Below are positions 29,888 to 40,290 of a DNA stretch of 64,000 bases, one piece after another; position 1 is the first letter of the stretch, and each line of letters starts with the position of its first letter. The notes beneath the pieces are model-generated. The model was not told where the DNA came from, did no database searches, and saw nothing but the letters and a program-made list of their open reading frames with translations. A program made the position numbers and the translations under genes. The stretch lies in IMG/VR virus record IMGVR_UViG_3300028394_000040. One strand, written 5' to 3'. Source of the stretch: a virus.

Positions 29888-31576
29888 TTAAACAATGTTT
29901 AATCCTGCAACTAATACTTTTCCATAAAACTCTGGGCGAACCATTTTCTTAGCGTAACGAGTCATGATACCTTTACGTGGAGTAAATGTATTTGGATCGT
30001 ACACTAATGGAGTCATAATTAATGGAATATAAGGAGCGTAAACGGCACCAGTCTCTAAGAATTGGTTACCACGGAAGCCCATCAAAATAACGTTCTCAAG
30101 CATATATGGATTCTTGTACACTTTGTAACGAGAATTTAATTGACCTACTTTTTGAACACCGAATGCATACTTCATGTTGTCTGCAGCACCGTCTGTATCA
30201 GCGGCAAATCCTGGAATAGATTCCAAAATAGTCGATACAGCTGGAGAACATACTAAGAAATTAGCACCACCACGTAATGTACGCTGATGAATTGTGTTAG
30301 AAACTTTCTGTAACTTAATACCTAAAGTTTGGAACCAAGACATTTGAGTGTAGTATACACCTGATGTGTTACTATCGAATGCAGTAGTAGTAGCATTGAT
30401 TTGATCACCTACTTTTGCAGACCAGTACTCAGTAATAGGAGCGTTTTGGATCAACATATCTAAGATTTCTAAGTCAATCTCTAAAGAGATATATTCAGAT
30501 AACATAGAAGTTAATTCAGCTTCTGCATCTAATGAATGGTAAGCATTTAAGTCTTGAGCAAATTCTGGAGTCCATTGTGCTTTTAACTTACGAGTCTTAG
30601 CAGAGATAGCCTCAGAACGCATCTGTACGTTAATTTCTGGTATAACGATAGATGTTGCAGACTGATTGTTTGGATAAGCATATCCAGAAGTAGAATCTTC
30701 AAAGTCACCACGAGTAGCAAATCCTGTTTTCTTGCTGTATACAACTTTGTATGCACCAGCAGCAGCAACAGCTTCAGCATTAGAAGCAGATACTAAGAAG
30801 ATAGCATTACCTCCATCTAAACGGTGGAAACGTTGTAAGTTATCACCAACTGCAACAGATCCTGAAGTCAAAATAAATGAACGAATAGCGTTAGGATCGA
30901 TGTTTGAATCGATAGACGCTGTAGGTACTGTGATTTTTTTGATTGACATACCAGCAGCTACCAAAGCGATAGAAGCAGAGAATGCTGAATCAAAATTAAC
31001 ATCAGACCAAGAAGCAGAAGCTACTGCAACACCAGAAGCGTTATAAGCTACAGATGCAGAGAAATCGTTAATTGAATAACCGAAACGACCAGCATCATAT
31101 AAACCACCTTGAGCAGCATTACCCATTCCACTGTCACCTACGTTAGTTTGGTAACCGAATAATGAACCGGAAGTTGCTCCAGTAGAGAAAGGATCTACAC
31201 CAGAAGTTCCGTATTGGAAATCTAGATAGAAAATTAAACCAGCAGGTAAGTTCATTGGTTGTACTGAAACAAATTCTTTAGAAGCAATTTGTCCGAATAC
31301 TTTACGTACCAAAGGAAGAGCTACACCAGCCCATTGTTCACCAGTACCAACTGTAAAGTTAGCACCTGAAGTTGTACCACCACCAGTAGAAGAAGATTCT
31401 ACTACTAATTGTTTTGCTTGATTCTCTAGAATCATAGCCATGTTTTGCTTGTTTTGGCCTTCAAGACCTTCTAGCAAGCCGGATTTGCCCCACTTCTTAA
31501 CTAAACGCGCAGCATCAGATTGAACTGTATGGTACGGATTAGCAGATTCAAGCAACGAATGTAATGTATTTGACAT
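29888..31576 (-). CDS. gp23: Major capsid protein (T4 gp23-like)
   Basis: VSVQPMNLPAGLIF, AKTRKLKAQWTPEFAQDLNAYHSLDAEAELT, YAPYIPL, PRKGIMTRY. Confidence 0.97.
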   Translation of the reverse strand: MSNTLHSLLESANPYHTVQSDAARLVKKWGKSGLLEGLEGQNKQNMAMILENQAKQLVVESSSTGGGTTSGANFTVGTGEQWAGVALPLVRKVFGQIASKEFVSVQPMNLPAGLIFYLDFQYGTSGVDPFSTGATSGSLFGYQTNVGDSGMGNAAQGGLYDAGRFGYSINDFSASVAYNASGVAVASASWSDVNFDSAFSASIALVAAGMSIKKITVPTASIDSNIDPNAIRSFILTSGSVAVGDNLQRFHRLDGGNAIFLVSASNAEAVAAAGAYKVVYSKKTGFATRGDFEDSTSGYAYPNNQSATSIVIPEINVQMRSEAISAKTRKLKAQWTPEFAQDLNAYHSLDAEAELTSMLSEYISLEIDLEILDMLIQNAPITEYWSAKVGDQINATTTAFDSNTSGVYYTQMSWFQTLGIKLQKVSNTIHQRTLRGGANFLVCSPAVSTILESIPGFAADTDGAADNMKYAFGVQKVGQLNSRYKVYKNPYMLENVILMGFRGNQFLETGAVYAPYIPLIMTPLVYDPNTFTPRKGIMTRYAKKMVRPEFYGKVLVAGLNIV

Positions 31577-31595
31577 CTCTAATTAAAAATTTAAA

Positions 31596-32621
31596 TTAAA
31601 TATTTGGTTTTAAAATACCAGCAAGTTGTTGCATACGAGTTCTAATAGAATCAGACTCTACAATTAACTTTCCTGGTGCGTTTCCCATCGGCTTAGAAGC
31701 AAATCCGATAGATTCTTTTATTTGATTTTTCTCAGGTGCAATAAAGTTTTCATTAAGTACACTATAAGTGTTTTTAACTTCTTTTACTGTATTAGCACGG
31801 TCGAATGCATTAAGTACTTTAGCTTTTTGTGCCGATGATAAGTTTTTAGATTCGAAAATTTTCGAAGTATAAAGCAACTTAGCATTGAATAGATTTAATT
31901 CGTTAATAGAACTACGTAACTCTTGAATAGTTGCGTTAGCTTTATTTAACTCTTCTTCCATCTTATGCTTATCTTCATCTTCATGATCTTCATTACCTTT
32001 TTTCATTTTTTTAGCTTCTTCAATAGCTTCTTCTTCTTGAAGTTCTGCTAAAATTTCATCTAGACTAATAGACTCATCGCCGTCACCAGCCATTGCATCT
32101 AAATCTTCTATACCTTCTTCACCTGCTTCCTCACCAGCATTACCGGCAAGTACATCAGCTACAACATCGCGAACTAACTCTTTGAATTCTTCTACTGATA
32201 ATTCAGCAACTTCTTGAGATCCCTCTTCAGCTTCTTCTCCAGCTTCGATTCCAGCTACTTCAGCTTCTTCTTCACCTTCTTCTTCTGCATCATCGTCTTT
32301 CTTAGCTTCCTCCATATCGTGTTTGTCTAAGCCTTCTTCTAGATTATCTTCTTCCATCTTCTCCTTACCTTCTTCGGCAGTTAATTCAGCAAGAATTTCA
32401 TCTAGAGTAGCCTCATCCATAATACCTATAGATTCTTCCATATCTCCTGATGTTGTATCATCATCGTACTCTTCTTCGAGTTCGTTTACTTTTAAGCGAA
32501 ACATCTCCTGAATCTTAGGAGTGAATGCCTCGGCAATTTGCTGCTTAGCTGCTTCCATTGTAATATCTTTCAACTGCTTAGCATCAGCGATTGCCTGTTT
32601 GTACAGATCTTGTTTTGACAT
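31596..32621 (-). CDS. Prohead scaffold/core protein (gp22-like position)
   Basis: Highly acidic, many L/M/I-x-E sites, ends RMQQLAGI; between protease and capsid genes. Confidence 0.8.
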   Translation of the reverse strand: MSKQDLYKQAIADAKQLKDITMEAAKQQIAEAFTPKIQEMFRLKVNELEEEYDDDTTSGDMEESIGIMDEATLDEILAELTAEEGKEKMEEDNLEEGLDKHDMEEAKKDDDAEEEGEEEAEVAGIEAGEEAEEGSQEVAELSVEEFKELVRDVVADVLAGNAGEEAGEEGIEDLDAMAGDGDESISLDEILAELQEEEAIEEAKKMKKGNEDHEDEDKHKMEEELNKANATIQELRSSINELNLFNAKLLYTSKIFESKNLSSAQKAKVLNAFDRANTVKEVKNTYSVLNENFIAPEKNQIKESIGFASKPMGNAPGKLIVESDSIRTRMQQLAGILKPNI

Positions 32622-32752
32622 AATAAATAAATTGTCGGGATTGCCTATTTAGAGGACAATATTGGATTGTTATGATTAAAGCTATATTGAGATAGCTTAT
32701 ATATTCATAAATATACATATCTAGCCGAGAATGCTAGATCGAGAAAAAAAAA

Positions 32753-33379
32753 TTAATTTAAACAGCAGATTCCTGTCTGGGTGCAAATGATATCTGAGAT
32801 CAATGAGTGCACTTTTCCGTAAGAATCTTCTAGGATTGGCGTGTACCCTTCTTGTAACCCTCCTACAGGCTTAACGAAGGCTCCATAAGTAGAAGGTGTC
32901 GAAACAAAGTCCCAACAGATTAACTCCAAATCATCTTCTACCTGTACCAATCCTTCCCCTAAAGGGGATGTAGAGCCTAAAGCTCTAGAAGATACTCCAA
33001 CATTTATTCCATTAAGGAATAATTCTTTTAATATATTGCCTGATGGTGTAGGTAAAACTTCGAATCTTCCGTAAAGATCTTGTCCCTCCCACCATAATTC
33101 GGTAATTAAATGGCAAACGTTTTTTAAGTTTATTACTGAAGTTTCTGGGTGATCTAGTTCTCCTGTAGCTCTTTTTTCTGCTATAGGCCCTTTAACGTAC
33201 TTATCTACTTCACGTCTCAATGTATCGAAATCATATACTCTACGGTTAGCGTTAGGCTTACCGGCTGCTTGAACCTTTCCTTCTACAATTAAATTCTTAC
33301 TAGGATTCATTCTAGCCTCGTTTAACATACGAGGGCTAGGTTCAAATAACATATAATCAATTAATACTTGCTTAGCCAT
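32753..33379 (-). CDS. gp21: Prohead protease (T4 gp21-like)
   Basis: NANRRVY, GELDHP, TPSGNIL, GVSSRALGS, WDFVSTPS. Confidence 0.95.
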   Translation of the reverse strand: MAKQVLIDYMLFEPSPRMLNEARMNPSKNLIVEGKVQAAGKPNANRRVYDFDTLRREVDKYVKGPIAEKRATGELDHPETSVINLKNVCHLITELWWEGQDLYGRFEVLPTPSGNILKELFLNGINVGVSSRALGSTSPLGEGLVQVEDDLELICWDFVSTPSTYGAFVKPVGGLQEGYTPILEDSYGKVHSLISDIICTQTGICCLN

Positions 33380-33383
33380 ATTC

Positions 33384-35027
33384 TTATTTAAACAACTTAC
33401 GAAGGTTTTTATCTAATGCCGCGTTCAAATCGCCTTCCTTTATTAATTTTATTTTAGAGAAAGTCCTTTTAGTTCCTCTCATCTCTTTAACTCCTTCCGG
33501 ATTCTTTTTACCTCTTTCTTTCTTACCTAAAGATGTTTGAACATTAGCTGTTACTTTTTCTACGCCTTTAATTTTAGCCATTCCATCCTCCTCTACTTTA
33601 ACTTCCTTTACTTTTTTAGGTTTTTCTCCTTTATTAGAAATTAAAGTTGTATAGTAGTTAGGATCAGAAGATAAGTTCTTTAAAACTTTCTTACCTGCTT
33701 TAGCAAAATCTTCGTCAGTTACTGTGTTTTGATCCCAATTAGGAGCAGGTAGAGTAGCATACCCTAGTTCCCATTGCATTCCTTTTCTGAATTCATAAGG
33801 GTTAACTGTATCTAAAGTCAATTCATGTTTAATAGCTTCATTTAAGCCTGATTTTTCGGTATAAATTATTTTATTATTTATAAAATCATAAGAGAATACT
33901 ACTGAAGACCTTCCGAAATAATCATCGGCATTAGGAGAAAAAGAACCATCAATAGCCTTTATAGAGCCATCATCATTATAGTCAACAAACATGTCATAAT
34001 CATGCCTACCTACATTAGGATAATCGTCTAAAATAGCTTTACCTATTTGAGAAAATTCTTTTGGCATTCCGTTTTTGCCAGCTTTTGTAATTAGTTCATC
34101 AATATACCCCTCAAAAGCGGCGTCATGACCTTCTAGATACGAAGTGTCACTAACATATTCTTCTTTTTCTTTCATCATACCCGCCGTAGCAATAAGGGTA
34201 GCTAAAGCAGTACTATTTCCTCTTTCAGCATCTTCAGCTGCTTTTTTTACCAATTTAGGGTCTAGCTTCTTATCTCTAATAGCTTTCTCTACTCTATCTG
34301 ATACAGGGTCTTCATTTAAACTATATGCAGGATACTCTTTTTCACCCCATCCGAACAAACGTCCTGTAGCTAAAATATTTTTTCTTATCCTTTCTGCTTC
34401 TTCTGTCTTACCTTGTTTAAATAATTCAAGGCCTTTTTTGTATCTAGCATCTACATTTTCTGGGCCTATAAAGTTAGAATTATCATCCCCCACTGCTTCA
34501 TCCATACCAGGTCCGTCATGTTGAGCTTTTTCATAGCCCATATCCCAGTTTTTATGCTCAGAAGTATCTCCTTCATAAGGATTTTCTTCTTGGTGACTAC
34601 CTGCTTCAAATGCATCATATCCTTCTTGCCATGCAGCATCTGGATTATAGTCTTTACCTGCTTCATCCATACCGCCTCTTTCACTTCTAAACCTAGCATT
34701 ATCGTGGGCCATTTGACCTTCAGACTCAGCATCTATCCATCCGTCAGTCCATTCCTCGTACTTATCTGGTTCGTAATCCTTACTGTATGGATTATCTGTA
34801 TAGTTTTTTCTTGATTTATTAGCAGCCTTACCTTGGTTATAAGCTGATTCTTCAGGAAAAGATTCTTCTCTTATAATTCCTTTGTTCTTTAATATTTGAA
34901 CAGCATCGCTATACGATGTAAGATTAGTAATAAAAGGTAACATACTATCTCTCCTTACCTCGTAAAGAAATTTCTCACGGCTTACTCCACCGGCTTTATG
35001 TTTTTTGTATAAATCTACTGTTGTCAT
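33384..35027 (-). CDS. Modular head-associated protein with two RMF-like modules
   Basis: Acidic modules separated by IREE/MDE/MDE/LNE/MKE/LNE/IKE; two A-[YW]-x2-G...NPY...W-x2-G-[WY] modules. Confidence 0.65.
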   Translation of the reverse strand: MTTVDLYKKHKAGGVSREKFLYEVRRDSMLPFITNLTSYSDAVQILKNKGIIREESFPEESAYNQGKAANKSRKNYTDNPYSKDYEPDKYEEWTDGWIDAESEGQMAHDNARFRSERGGMDEAGKDYNPDAAWQEGYDAFEAGSHQEENPYEGDTSEHKNWDMGYEKAQHDGPGMDEAVGDDNSNFIGPENVDARYKKGLELFKQGKTEEAERIRKNILATGRLFGWGEKEYPAYSLNEDPVSDRVEKAIRDKKLDPKLVKKAAEDAERGNSTALATLIATAGMMKEKEEYVSDTSYLEGHDAAFEGYIDELITKAGKNGMPKEFSQIGKAILDDYPNVGRHDYDMFVDYNDDGSIKAIDGSFSPNADDYFGRSSVVFSYDFINNKIIYTEKSGLNEAIKHELTLDTVNPYEFRKGMQWELGYATLPAPNWDQNTVTDEDFAKAGKKVLKNLSSDPNYYTTLISNKGEKPKKVKEVKVEEDGMAKIKGVEKVTANVQTSLGKKERGKKNPEGVKEMRGTKRTFSKIKLIKEGDLNAALDKNLRKLFK

Positions 35028-35045
35028 ATTAATAAATATTACGAA

Positions 35046-35171
35046 TTACCTCCCTTGTCCTCTATATTTTCTTTTTACAGCTTTCTCTTTAGGTCCGTTG
35101 GTCTTTTTATGTTTACCTACCCTACGGGTTCCGAAAGTAACTTTGCGGTTTTCTTTAACAACCTTTGCCAT
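35046..35171 (-). CDS. Small basic protein (41 aa) ending KYRGQGR
   Basis: Missed by the ORF track: MAKVVKENRKVTFGTRRVGKHKKTNGPKEKAVKRKYRGQGR*; ATG 1 nt after the upstream stop. Confidence 0.75.
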   Translation of the reverse strand: MAKVVKENRKVTFGTRRVGKHKKTNGPKEKAVKRKYRGQGR

Positions 35172-35172
35172 G

Positions 35173-35841
35173 TTATTTAAATTTTCTAGCTTTTAAATGT
35201 AACTGTGTAACCATTTCCTTAATTTGAGTTAAGGCGTTTTCTGTATGCTTTTTATATTTTAGTCCGTCACCTGCTTCGTTCAATTCGCTCTTTAATCTAT
35301 CAACGTATTCAAATAGTCGATTAATTTCCTGAACTCTTTTCTTTACAGCTTTAACTGCTTGATGAAACTGTTCTGGTTTAGATCTTGTCTTAGTTTCGTT
35401 TCTAAATTGAGAATAATTTTCATTTATACCTTTAACATTTAAAAGCTTAGATATAATATCTAACACCTTCTCTGCTGTTATATGACCTTCTTGATAGCCG
35501 TGAAATAACATTTTCTTGACATCAGGATCTAAATTAGGATTATTCAAAGCAGAAACTACCATGTCGGTATTTTCATAAAGTTGCTTGTAGTCAATCATTC
35601 CAGATTTGCGATTAGGTATAGAAGGAGCTAGTTTATATCCAAATTTTTCGACAGCATAGTTATGCTTTACTTTACCTGCTGCAAGCATTGGTGCATCTTC
35701 TTTTATTTTTTTTACTTTTCCTTTAGCGAAATACTGTTCACCTGCTCCAGGAGTTGCGGTAGCACCAGTAGTAGTTCCGCCTACGGTAGATGATTCTTCT
35801 TTTTGCAGTAACTCGTCTAGTATTTCCTCTAAAGATTTCAT
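35173..35841 (-). CDS. Hypothetical head-region protein
   Basis: 222 aa with QKEE/IKE/LYE/INE segments. Confidence 0.7.
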   Translation of the reverse strand: MKSLEEILDELLQKEESSTVGGTTTGATATPGAGEQYFAKGKVKKIKEDAPMLAAGKVKHNYAVEKFGYKLAPSIPNRKSGMIDYKQLYENTDMVVSALNNPNLDPDVKKMLFHGYQEGHITAEKVLDIISKLLNVKGINENYSQFRNETKTRSKPEQFHQAVKAVKKRVQEINRLFEYVDRLKSELNEAGDGLKYKKHTENALTQIKEMVTQLHLKARKFK

Positions 35842-36701
35842 TATAAAGTAGCTTTAATTTCCTTTACTAACTCGATATACTGCATAATTGATACTAAATG
35901 ATCGTCTTTTATTGACTGCTTCATTTCAATCGGCTTAATTAAGCTTACTACCTCGTTTAGTTTAATTGTAACTACTTTATCTTTTACTTTTGATTTTAAA
36001 TTAGTTAATTCAGTCTTTACTTCCTCTAACTTGTTATTCAAATATTTTTTTAACTCTACAGTATCCGAAATGTTATTGATATATTCTCTTAAAACATCCT
36101 TCTGTTCGTCAGATAGCTCTATATACCTTTCGTTAAACTTCTCTACTAAGATTCTAAAGGCAAGAGTACGAACATCTTTGTCCTCTCTCATAAACTCCTC
36201 TACTACTTTTCTTTCTAATTTTTTTTCATCTTGCAAATCTTGAGTAACATGCTCAAGTATAGTCATTTTATTTGTAACTAATTGCTTAGGATTTGTAAAC
36301 AGCTTTGAATAATTAGCTTCTAAAAGAGTATATATTGCTGCTGATAATTTATAGTTGTTAACTTTTGCGTTAAAGAAGTTATCTACTTCATAACACTTGC
36401 GTATTTCTTTAATAAGATTAAACTTTTCCTTATTTAGTTTATCATGATCTAGTTTCTTACCTTCTTCTATAATAGTAGAAATTAAAGTATTAGCTCTTGA
36501 TTCGTTGATTTTAGGAGAATTTAATAAAGTACTATAAAGAGTAAACTCTTTTGAAAGTTCTGTATTAGTGTAATACTTCTTTAAAATATCTACTGCCTTA
36601 GATTCCTTATTAGTCATCATATCAGATGTTATTTGTCTAACAAGTAGTTCAAAAAGTATCCCTGTATTTTTATATTTAGAATGTTTCTTAATAGAGTTCA
36701 T
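35841..36701 (-). CDS. Hypothetical head-assembly protein (probable start ATG 36701; track uses TTG 36713)
   Basis: KHSKYKNTGILFELLVRQI start, helical; immediately downstream of the portal gene. Confidence 0.7.
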   Translation of the reverse strand: MNSIKKHSKYKNTGILFELLVRQITSDMMTNKESKAVDILKKYYTNTELSKEFTLYSTLLNSPKINESRANTLISTIIEEGKKLDHDKLNKEKFNLIKEIRKCYEVDNFFNAKVNNYKLSAAIYTLLEANYSKLFTNPKQLVTNKMTILEHVTQDLQDEKKLERKVVEEFMREDKDVRTLAFRILVEKFNERYIELSDEQKDVLREYINNISDTVELKKYLNNKLEEVKTELTNLKSKVKDKVVTIKLNEVVSLIKPIEMKQSIKDDHLVSIMQYIELVKEIKATL

Positions 36702-36734
36702 ATTATAGTACAATGCTATTATAAATAGAAGTTT

Positions 36735-38669
36735 TTACAAAAGATCTTCTTTTATATTACCTTCGTCAAGTAAACTGTTTTGTTCGAATAGAGTTATTTT
36801 ACGTTTGTTTAAATTATCGAACAAACCTTTATTCTGGTGGTATACCGTTTGAGCTACTGCATTCTCTAATGCTAAAGCTGAACCACCTGTGTATTTATGT
36901 CGTAACCCACCGTCTTCCCCACCTAATGGTTTACTTTTCATATCGTACGTACCCATTCTATCTCTTCCTAAAGGATCGGCCGGAGTATTAATGAATGATT
37001 GCTTTTCAGTAGGTCTTCCAGGTACTCTTTTCGGTTCAGATGGATTTTTCTCGTCATATCCTACTGGAACTTCTGTAGCTGCAGTATAATTAGAGTTACC
37101 TCCGTATAAACTTGCTATCTGGTGAGGCGTTCCAAATGCTTCTCCTGATGTAGCAGGATCATTTCCTTCTTCTGCTACTTGTTTAAATCTGAAATCTCTC
37201 TTCTTATCTTCCAAAAGTTGATCTCTTATGTCGTCATATTCAGACTCACTAAGGTGGAATAGGTTATGGTATATCCAATCTGTAGGGAAAAGACTATTCT
37301 CTTGCATTTGACTTGCAAGATCAATCTTTTCTTTCATTAATGCTATTCTCTCTTGGTCATAAATGATAGACGGAGTAGTTAAACTTAATTCAAAGTTTAC
37401 TAGTGAATCATTTGTGTATCCCTGAGTGTATAAGTGTACTAAAGCTATCTTAGTTAATTCAGAAAGAACTATGCGCTGAATACGTTCTACGGTACGTGCA
37501 AAGCGTATATCTTCAGCTGCTAAAGTAGCTTTACCAGTCAAGTCCTTTTCATACCCCATAAAGGCTTTAGGAATCTTTAACGCTGCAAATAACTTATCAC
37601 GTAAATAGTCAACATCTTCTATACCATTGTACTGAAGTCCTGGAACTGTATCGATTCTAGTTGTAGTATCATTACCACGGACAGGTATAAAGTAATCTTC
37701 TAAAAGGTTTTGAATGTTATACTTTAAGTTATACTGCCCGGTTTGTGGATCAATATAAGGTATCTTCTTCATTTTAGATATCATCTTTTGCATATAATTC
37801 TCTACCTCGTTTGGAGGAATAGAACCTACATTAAGATAATAAGCTCTCTTATCAGGAGCTCTTACGATACGGTGAATCATCATCGCATCTTCCATTAATA
37901 CCAATTGCTTAAATACTTTTCTACCAGGTTCTAAATAAGAACGTCCATAAGGAAGATAGTTTACATCGCCTATAAGACGGAAGTGAGCCATTTCGAAATT
38001 TTCGAAGAAAATAGTATCTGCTCCACTTCCTAATAAGTTAGCATATGTTGCTTGATACCCACTAGCCCCACTAGCTACAGCAGTTGGGTCATATTTAAAC
38101 TTTACGTAAGAAGGATTTTTTATATCTGTTCCTTCTTCTCTAACAATAGTATATGCAGAAAAAGGAATAACGTTATAAACACCTACCTTTTCAGCAATCT
38201 CTAGCTTTAAATAGAAATCACCAAACTTACACATATTTCTAATCCATGACCATAAATTAAATTCTATATTTAATACGTCGTAGAATAAATTGTAAAGTAT
38301 TTTTTGAATATTCTCGTCAGATGAACGTATCTGTAATACCTCTCCTTGCTCGTTCTTTAACGTTGATTCGTCTGATATAATATCTAACGCTGATGCTATG
38401 ATAGCTTCTGTATCCATTGCCTCGTAATCAGCATAAAGCTGGATACGCATTGTGGTGTAATTCTGAGAGGTATTTAAATTATAGGAGTAAGAGTTAGAAG
38501 TTGTATATACCTTATTAAATCTATCTACTAGAGCATTAGTCTGTAAAACACCTTGAGTTTGGATACGATCTGTATCCATTACCTTTACTTCGTTACCCCC
38601 AACATTACGGATTATTACATCAGTTGAAAAGAGTCTCTTTAATCTATCAAAAACATTACTGTCTGCCAT
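36735..38669 (-). CDS. gp20: Portal protein (T4 gp20-like)
   Basis: YGRSYLE, MEDAMMIHRIVRAPDKR, EDYFIPVRG, IEDVDYLRDKLFAALKIP, EDIRFARTVERIQ. Confidence 0.95.
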   Translation of the reverse strand: MADSNVFDRLKRLFSTDVIIRNVGGNEVKVMDTDRIQTQGVLQTNALVDRFNKVYTTSNSYSYNLNTSQNYTTMRIQLYADYEAMDTEAIIASALDIISDESTLKNEQGEVLQIRSSDENIQKILYNLFYDVLNIEFNLWSWIRNMCKFGDFYLKLEIAEKVGVYNVIPFSAYTIVREEGTDIKNPSYVKFKYDPTAVASGASGYQATYANLLGSGADTIFFENFEMAHFRLIGDVNYLPYGRSYLEPGRKVFKQLVLMEDAMMIHRIVRAPDKRAYYLNVGSIPPNEVENYMQKMISKMKKIPYIDPQTGQYNLKYNIQNLLEDYFIPVRGNDTTTRIDTVPGLQYNGIEDVDYLRDKLFAALKIPKAFMGYEKDLTGKATLAAEDIRFARTVERIQRIVLSELTKIALVHLYTQGYTNDSLVNFELSLTTPSIIYDQERIALMKEKIDLASQMQENSLFPTDWIYHNLFHLSESEYDDIRDQLLEDKKRDFRFKQVAEEGNDPATSGEAFGTPHQIASLYGGNSNYTAATEVPVGYDEKNPSEPKRVPGRPTEKQSFINTPADPLGRDRMGTYDMKSKPLGGEDGGLRHKYTGGSALALENAVAQTVYHQNKGLFDNLNKRKITLFEQNSLLDEGNIKEDLL

Positions 38670-38672
38670 GTA

Positions 38673-38680
38673 TATAAATA
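38673..38680 (-). promoter_or_regulatory. Representative copy of the recurrent TATTTAT(A/T/G) promoter-like motif
   Basis: Copies upstream of minus-strand starts at 1146, 1666, 2200, 11358, 25569, 29801, 32706, 35031, 36720, 38673, 41865, 44829, 47231, 49916, 52404. Confidence 0.7.
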
Positions 38681-38687
38681 TTAAATT

Positions 38688-40277
38688 TTACAATAACCAA
38701 GTAATGTCTTCGGCATTACCGTAAGTATCTTGCATTTTCCAAGGTGGAAGTTCACCACTTGCAGGGTTACCTGTATAAATAGAAAAGCCGCTGTTGGATT
38801 TATGTACGCTGTTCATAGTAGCTCTAGCTAGATCCATTCCTGTTTGAGTAAATCTCATTGCTGTATCTCTCAAAAATAAACCTATGGACCAAGCCATTAC
38901 TAAATCGTCATTATAACCATGTAAAGCTTCTGCCCTACCGCTTTTCCAAATAAACGTTCTTAACTCCTCCATGAACCTTTTAGACTGAAAGCTACAAGAC
39001 TTTTCATGAATATAGGTAATAAGTTTCGAGATTACAAGCGGACGAGTTCTTTGGTTAGTAGAAAAACCAGGAACCATTCCTTCTCCGTTCTCGTACTTTG
39101 TAATATACATTTCTATATTAGTTAAAGCTACGTCTGATCTTGGTGAATAATAAAGGTTTTGATAACCTCTTTCTATTGCAGTTTGTACAACATCCCAACC
39201 TATATTTGCGTTTTCAATTATTAGAATAGCATTATTCCATTCGGTAGCTACTGTAACCAACATGTTACCGTAATCTCTAGTTCCCATTTGACCTTTATAC
39301 TCACCTACCTGTTTAGCTAACTCTATATCCATTACATGGAATGCTGAATAGTCTTTACCGTCCCCACGGGCAACGTCAGCTATTACAGCATAACTTCTAG
39401 AATAATCCGGATACTCCCATCTCCAGTAGTTCCCGTCTATACCTTCTTTAGATATAGGGTCCATTATAGATGTAGTTTCATACCAGTTTAAATAATCTGG
39501 GTCGATTACTGTATTACCCGACGTACTAAAGTCGCAATCACATTCCTGAGCTGCATCTCTTGGTCCAAGAATAGCATCTTGTTCATCTCTCCATTTCTGA
39601 GTACGTTCAGGGTGTACTGTCCACGGTAAAGAGATAGGTAAAAATTTATTTTCCCCAGATTGAGCCTTTACAAAAGTTTTATGAAACCAGTTACCAGTAC
39701 CATTAGGAGTTGAAATAGCTATACATTGACCTCCAGTAGCTAACGTTTGTTGTGCTGCAGTAAAAATTTCATCTACACCATTAATAAACGCTGCTTCATC
39801 AAGCATTAAGAGAGATACTGCTTCAGAACGACCAGCATCAGGAGAAGCTGCTACGGCTTTTATTTGAGAACCGTTGGATAAACGTAGACTTAACCGGTTA
39901 TCTTCATCTGCTTTAATCTTTAACCAAGAAGGAAGGTTATTATATGCAAAACGTACCTTAGTAACCATATTCTTTGCAGTTTCCTGCTTAGTAGCTACTA
40001 CTAAAACGTTTTTATCCCTGTGAAATAGCATCAACCATAGTGAATATGCTGATACTAATGTGGAAATACCAAGCTGTCTTGACTTGTTAGCAATGGTATA
40101 TTCATTATTCTTGAAGACATGAAGCACTTTTTCCTGAAAAGGATACAGTGCAAATTGAATTCTACCACGTTGAGGATGTTGAATCCAGTAGTATTTTTTC
40201 ATGAAATAAGCAGGATCTGTCGCACATTTGACAAATTCCTGCTTTATCACTTCTTTAATAGCGAGTTGCTCGGACAT
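38688..40277 (-). CDS. terL: Terminase large subunit (T4 gp17-like)
   Basis: Walker A KSRQLGIST, Walker B LLMLDEAAF, STPNG, nuclease DVARGDGKDYS and NDDLVMA. Confidence 0.96.
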   Translation of the reverse strand: MSEQLAIKEVIKQEFVKCATDPAYFMKKYYWIQHPQRGRIQFALYPFQEKVLHVFKNNEYTIANKSRQLGISTLVSAYSLWLMLFHRDKNVLVVATKQETAKNMVTKVRFAYNNLPSWLKIKADEDNRLSLRLSNGSQIKAVAASPDAGRSEAVSLLMLDEAAFINGVDEIFTAAQQTLATGGQCIAISTPNGTGNWFHKTFVKAQSGENKFLPISLPWTVHPERTQKWRDEQDAILGPRDAAQECDCDFSTSGNTVIDPDYLNWYETTSIMDPISKEGIDGNYWRWEYPDYSRSYAVIADVARGDGKDYSAFHVMDIELAKQVGEYKGQMGTRDYGNMLVTVATEWNNAILIIENANIGWDVVQTAIERGYQNLYYSPRSDVALTNIEMYITKYENGEGMVPGFSTNQRTRPLVISKLITYIHEKSCSFQSKRFMEELRTFIWKSGRAEALHGYNDDLVMAWSIGLFLRDTAMRFTQTGMDLARATMNSVHKSNSGFSIYTGNPASGELPPWKMQDTYGNAEDITWLL

Positions 40278-40290
40278 AGACTATTTTATT

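Noticed and set aside
32719-32752. Intrinsic terminator after the protease gene
   Set aside because: The T-run precedes rather than follows the hairpin on the coding strand.
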